Source: Halarcobacter sp. (GTDB lineage Bacteria; Campylobacterota; Campylobacteria; Campylobacterales; Arcobacteraceae). Taken from it: 64,000 nucleotides of DNA. The stretch covers positions 1,824,001 through 1,888,000 of the forward strand of contig CP182352.1 of assembly GCA_048571215.1 (NCBI GenBank). Reading direction: 5' to 3'. This document shows, piece after piece, positions 61,423 to 64,000 of this stretch; position 1 is the first letter of the stretch, and every line of letters begins with the position of its first letter. A model generated the notes under the pieces. The model had not been told where the DNA came from, did no database searches, and saw nothing but the letters and a program-made list of their open reading frames with translations. The position numbers and the translations under genes were made by a program.

Positions 61423-62928
61423 CTATTTTATACCTATTCTTATAGCTTCATCTACCGAGGTTTCACCATTTATTAACATAACTCTTAATTGGTCTTGTAT
61501 AGGTATCATTCCATTATTTGTAGCAAGTTTAAGCAAGGTACTATCATCAACATCACCTTTTAAATACTCTTTTATCTCATCACTTATAACAAAAAGTTCA
61601 CCTAAAGCTACCCTTCCACTATATCCTGTAAAATTACAAGCTTTGCATCCTGTCGCTTTATATATCGTATCATTATCATTTAAATCAAAAATTTCATGGG
61701 AAGCATGAGAAGGTTCAACCTCTTTACACTCTGGACAAAGTTTTCTAACTAATCTTTGTGCTAAAACTGCTAAAAGTGAAGATGAAATTAAAAACTTCTC
61801 AACTCCCATATCAATAAGTCTAGTTACTGCAGCTGTTGCTCTATTTGTGTGTAAAGTTGAAAAAAGCAGGTGACCTGTAAGTGCTGCTTGCACAGAAATA
61901 GATGCTGTTTCACTATCTCTAATCTCCCCCAACATTATGATATCAGGATCTTGTCTTAAAATCGATCTAAGTCCTGAAGCAAAAGTAAGACCAACTTTAT
62001 TGTTCACTTGTATTTGTGAGAACTCATTTGATTTGTACTCAACTGGGTCTTCTATGGTAATGATATTTTTCTCTTCACTTACAACTTGATGTAAAAGTGA
62101 GTGCAAAGTTGTAGACTTACCACTCCCTGTAGGACCTGTTACTAAAACCATTCCATAAGAGTTTTGTACAACTTTTTCAAGTTCATCTGTAATATATTTT
62201 GGAAATCCAAGTTCAGAAACACTAAGCAAATCACCACTTTGCATCAATATCCTCATAACAACTCTTTCCCCATAAAAAGTTGGCAAAACAGATACCCTAA
62301 TATCCAAGGTTTTACCCGCTATTTTTACTTGGGTTCTACCATCTTGAGGAACTCTTTTTTCACTAATATCAAGGTTTGAAACAACTTTGATTCTTGAGAT
62401 TACTAAAGACATAATATTTTTATCTAACTCAATATGTTTTACTAAAACCCCATCAACCCTATATCTTACCTCTGCTTTAAACTCATGCATCTCTATATGT
62501 ATATCTGATGCTTTCTTTTTTATAGCTTGATAAAAAAGTGAGTTTACAAACTTGATAATTGGTGCTGATTCTTCAGAAGTTAAAATATCACTTCCAACTT
62601 TCAAGAACTCACTTATAGAAAAGTCTTCATCTTCTAAAGTTGCATCCTCTTGTTGCTGTTGGATTGCACTCATCTCTTTATCTGTTTTTATCTCTAAAAA
62701 TCTATTGTATAACTTCTCAAAAGAGATATCATCTAAGAAAACAATCTCTTGTTCATAATCACATTTTGATAGATAATCAAAAGAGATACTAATATGTTCA
62801 TTTGATAAAGCAATTACAACTTTTTCATCTAAAGTTGTAAAAAGTACAAAGTTTTTTAGGGCAATATTTATATCTGCTATATCTTCATATGGTGTAAGTG
62901 TTGTATTGTGTATCTCTTTTATATTCAT
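61423..62928 (-). CDS. gspE: GspE/PulE family secretion ATPase
   Basis: ASDIH, PQDG, GPTGSGKS, LRQDPD and TGHL.FSTLH motifs; two CxxC. Confidence 0.95.
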   Translation of the reverse strand: MNIKEIHNTTLTPYEDIADINIALKNFVLFTTLDEKVVIALSNEHISISFDYLSKCDYEQEIVFLDDISFEKLYNRFLEIKTDKEMSAIQQQQEDATLEDEDFSISEFLKVGSDILTSEESAPIIKFVNSLFYQAIKKKASDIHIEMHEFKAEVRYRVDGVLVKHIELDKNIMSLVISRIKVVSNLDISEKRVPQDGRTQVKIAGKTLDIRVSVLPTFYGERVVMRILMQSGDLLSVSELGFPKYITDELEKVVQNSYGMVLVTGPTGSGKSTTLHSLLHQVVSEEKNIITIEDPVEYKSNEFSQIQVNNKVGLTFASGLRSILRQDPDIIMLGEIRDSETASISVQAALTGHLLFSTLHTNRATAAVTRLIDMGVEKFLISSSLLAVLAQRLVRKLCPECKEVEPSHASHEIFDLNDNDTIYKATGCKACNFTGYSGRVALGELFVISDEIKEYLKGDVDDSTLLKLATNNGMIPIQDQLRVMLINGETSVDEAIRIGIK

Positions 62929-62929
62929 C

Positions 62930-64000
62930 TTACATACCCAATATTTTTCTATGTTTCTCTTGGATACTTAGCTCATCATCTTTTTTTGTTTTACTATTTT
63001 TAGATTTATTTAATTTTTCATCCAAATCATGAAGTTTCATATCATAGTTTGTTTTCTCTTGTTGTGCTTTTATTTGTTTTTGTTTTAATCTAATCAATGA
63101 ATTTTTTAAATATCTATCTTCTAAAACTTTTAACTCAGATAATTGTTCTCTAACATAGGTTAAATCTTTTGATTTTGGGATTATATATGGTGTTATTATC
63201 ACAACTAAACTCTTTTTTGTTGAATCGGTTTTATCATGGGTAAATAATCTTCCAACTAATGGAATATCACCTAATAATGGAATTTTACTTTCTGTTGATT
63301 CCTCTTTATTTTGGATGAGTCCACCTAAGATTACACTCTCTCCATTATTTACAATCGCTGTAGTTTTAACCTCTTTTTTTGAAGTATCTGCATTACCACT
63401 GTTTGTTTGTGTTGTCTTTACATCTTCAAGTATTGTATTTATCTCTAAGGTTACTTTATTGTCATTTGAGATTCGTGGTTTCACTTTCAAAGTTAAACCC
63501 ACATCTTCCCTTTGGTAATTTTCATTTGTAGTTCCACCATCAGTTACACTTGAAGAGGTCTTTATAGAAATAGTTTCTCCAACATATATAGAACTCTCTT
63601 TATTGTTTATCGCTAAAATTGAAGGTTCTGATACTATATCCAAAGCTCCATCTTGCTTAAGTAAAGAGATAGATGCCCCTAATGCTAAACCCTCACTTAA
63701 AGTTGGAATAGATAAACCTATTTTTGTTACATCAAAAGCTAAAGCCTCTCCACCATTTAAAGATGAAGCAAAAGTAGCAAGACCACTACTACTTGATTTA
63801 CCACCAAAAATACCATATTTTACTCCAAGTTCATCCACTAAAGAATCATTTAACTCTATAATTCTAGCTTGTACATAAACTTGTGCCTTATCTTTATCAA
63901 GTTGTCCTAAAAGTGTTTTTATATACTCTAATTCATCACTTCTACCCATCAATACTATTGAGTTAGTCTCTTCATCTACAGAAGATAGAGGTTTATCATT
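62930..64000 (-). CDS. gspD: GspD-like secretin (5' truncated by window edge)
   Basis: Frame open to 64000; QVYVQARIIE, DVGLTLKVKP, KIPLLGDIPLVGRLF and ITPYII motifs. Confidence 0.92.
   Translation of the reverse strand, partial: NDKPLSSVDEETNSIVLMGRSDELEYIKTLLGQLDKDKAQVYVQARIIELNDSLVDELGVKYGIFGGKSSSSGLATFASSLNGGEALAFDVTKIGLSIPTLSEGLALGASISLLKQDGALDIVSEPSILAINNKESSIYVGETISIKTSSSVTDGGTTNENYQREDVGLTLKVKPRISNDNKVTLEINTILEDVKTTQTNSGNADTSKKEVKTTAIVNNGESVILGGLIQNKEESTESKIPLLGDIPLVGRLFTHDKTDSTKKSLVVIITPYIIPKSKDLTYVREQLSELKVLEDRYLKNSLIRLKQKQIKAQQEKTNYDMKLHDLDEKLNKSKNSKTKKDDELSIQEKHRKILGM

Noticed and set aside
1..64000. CRISPR array, tRNA/rRNA, IS transposase or integrase
   Set aside because: No regularly spaced repeats, GC-rich RNA-like blocks or recombinase motifs seen by eye; remaining 60-100-aa track ORFs overlap confident genes

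Overview
AT-rich, gene-dense chromosomal window from a Campylobacterota bacterium, very probably Arcobacteraceae. The assignment is inferred from ciaB, Cache-domain kinases, extended -10 TGnTATAAT promoters and gene content. It holds about 60 CDS: an mlaA-mlaC-MMPL lipid-transport operon, disulfide/thioredoxin genes, four c-di-GMP genes, a split Aer-like chemoreceptor, a PIN-PhoH plus SAMHD1-like HD pair, dbpA, a complete 5-oxoproline locus (pxpABC, TRAP transporter, two-component system, second pxpA), htpG, ciaB, and a T2SS/competence-like operon running directly into a split letA and a 7-MCE letB. I saw no rRNA, tRNA, CRISPR array or transposase. Best leads: (1) an HD-phosphohydrolase/Hsp90-type ATPase fusion, a probable defence gene, next to htpG together with an ERIC-like palindrome, a decayed TA remnant and a RhuM-PLD-like gene; (2) a candidate pyroglutamate-sensing regulon with an identically placed direct-repeat box at two promoters; (3) two genes whose conserved N-termini need a non-NTG (ATA/ATT) start; (4) a candidate RepG-like sRNA with an anti-SD loop; (5) a near-canonical CIRCE upstream of htpG. 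All family calls are by motif recognition; no database search was run.
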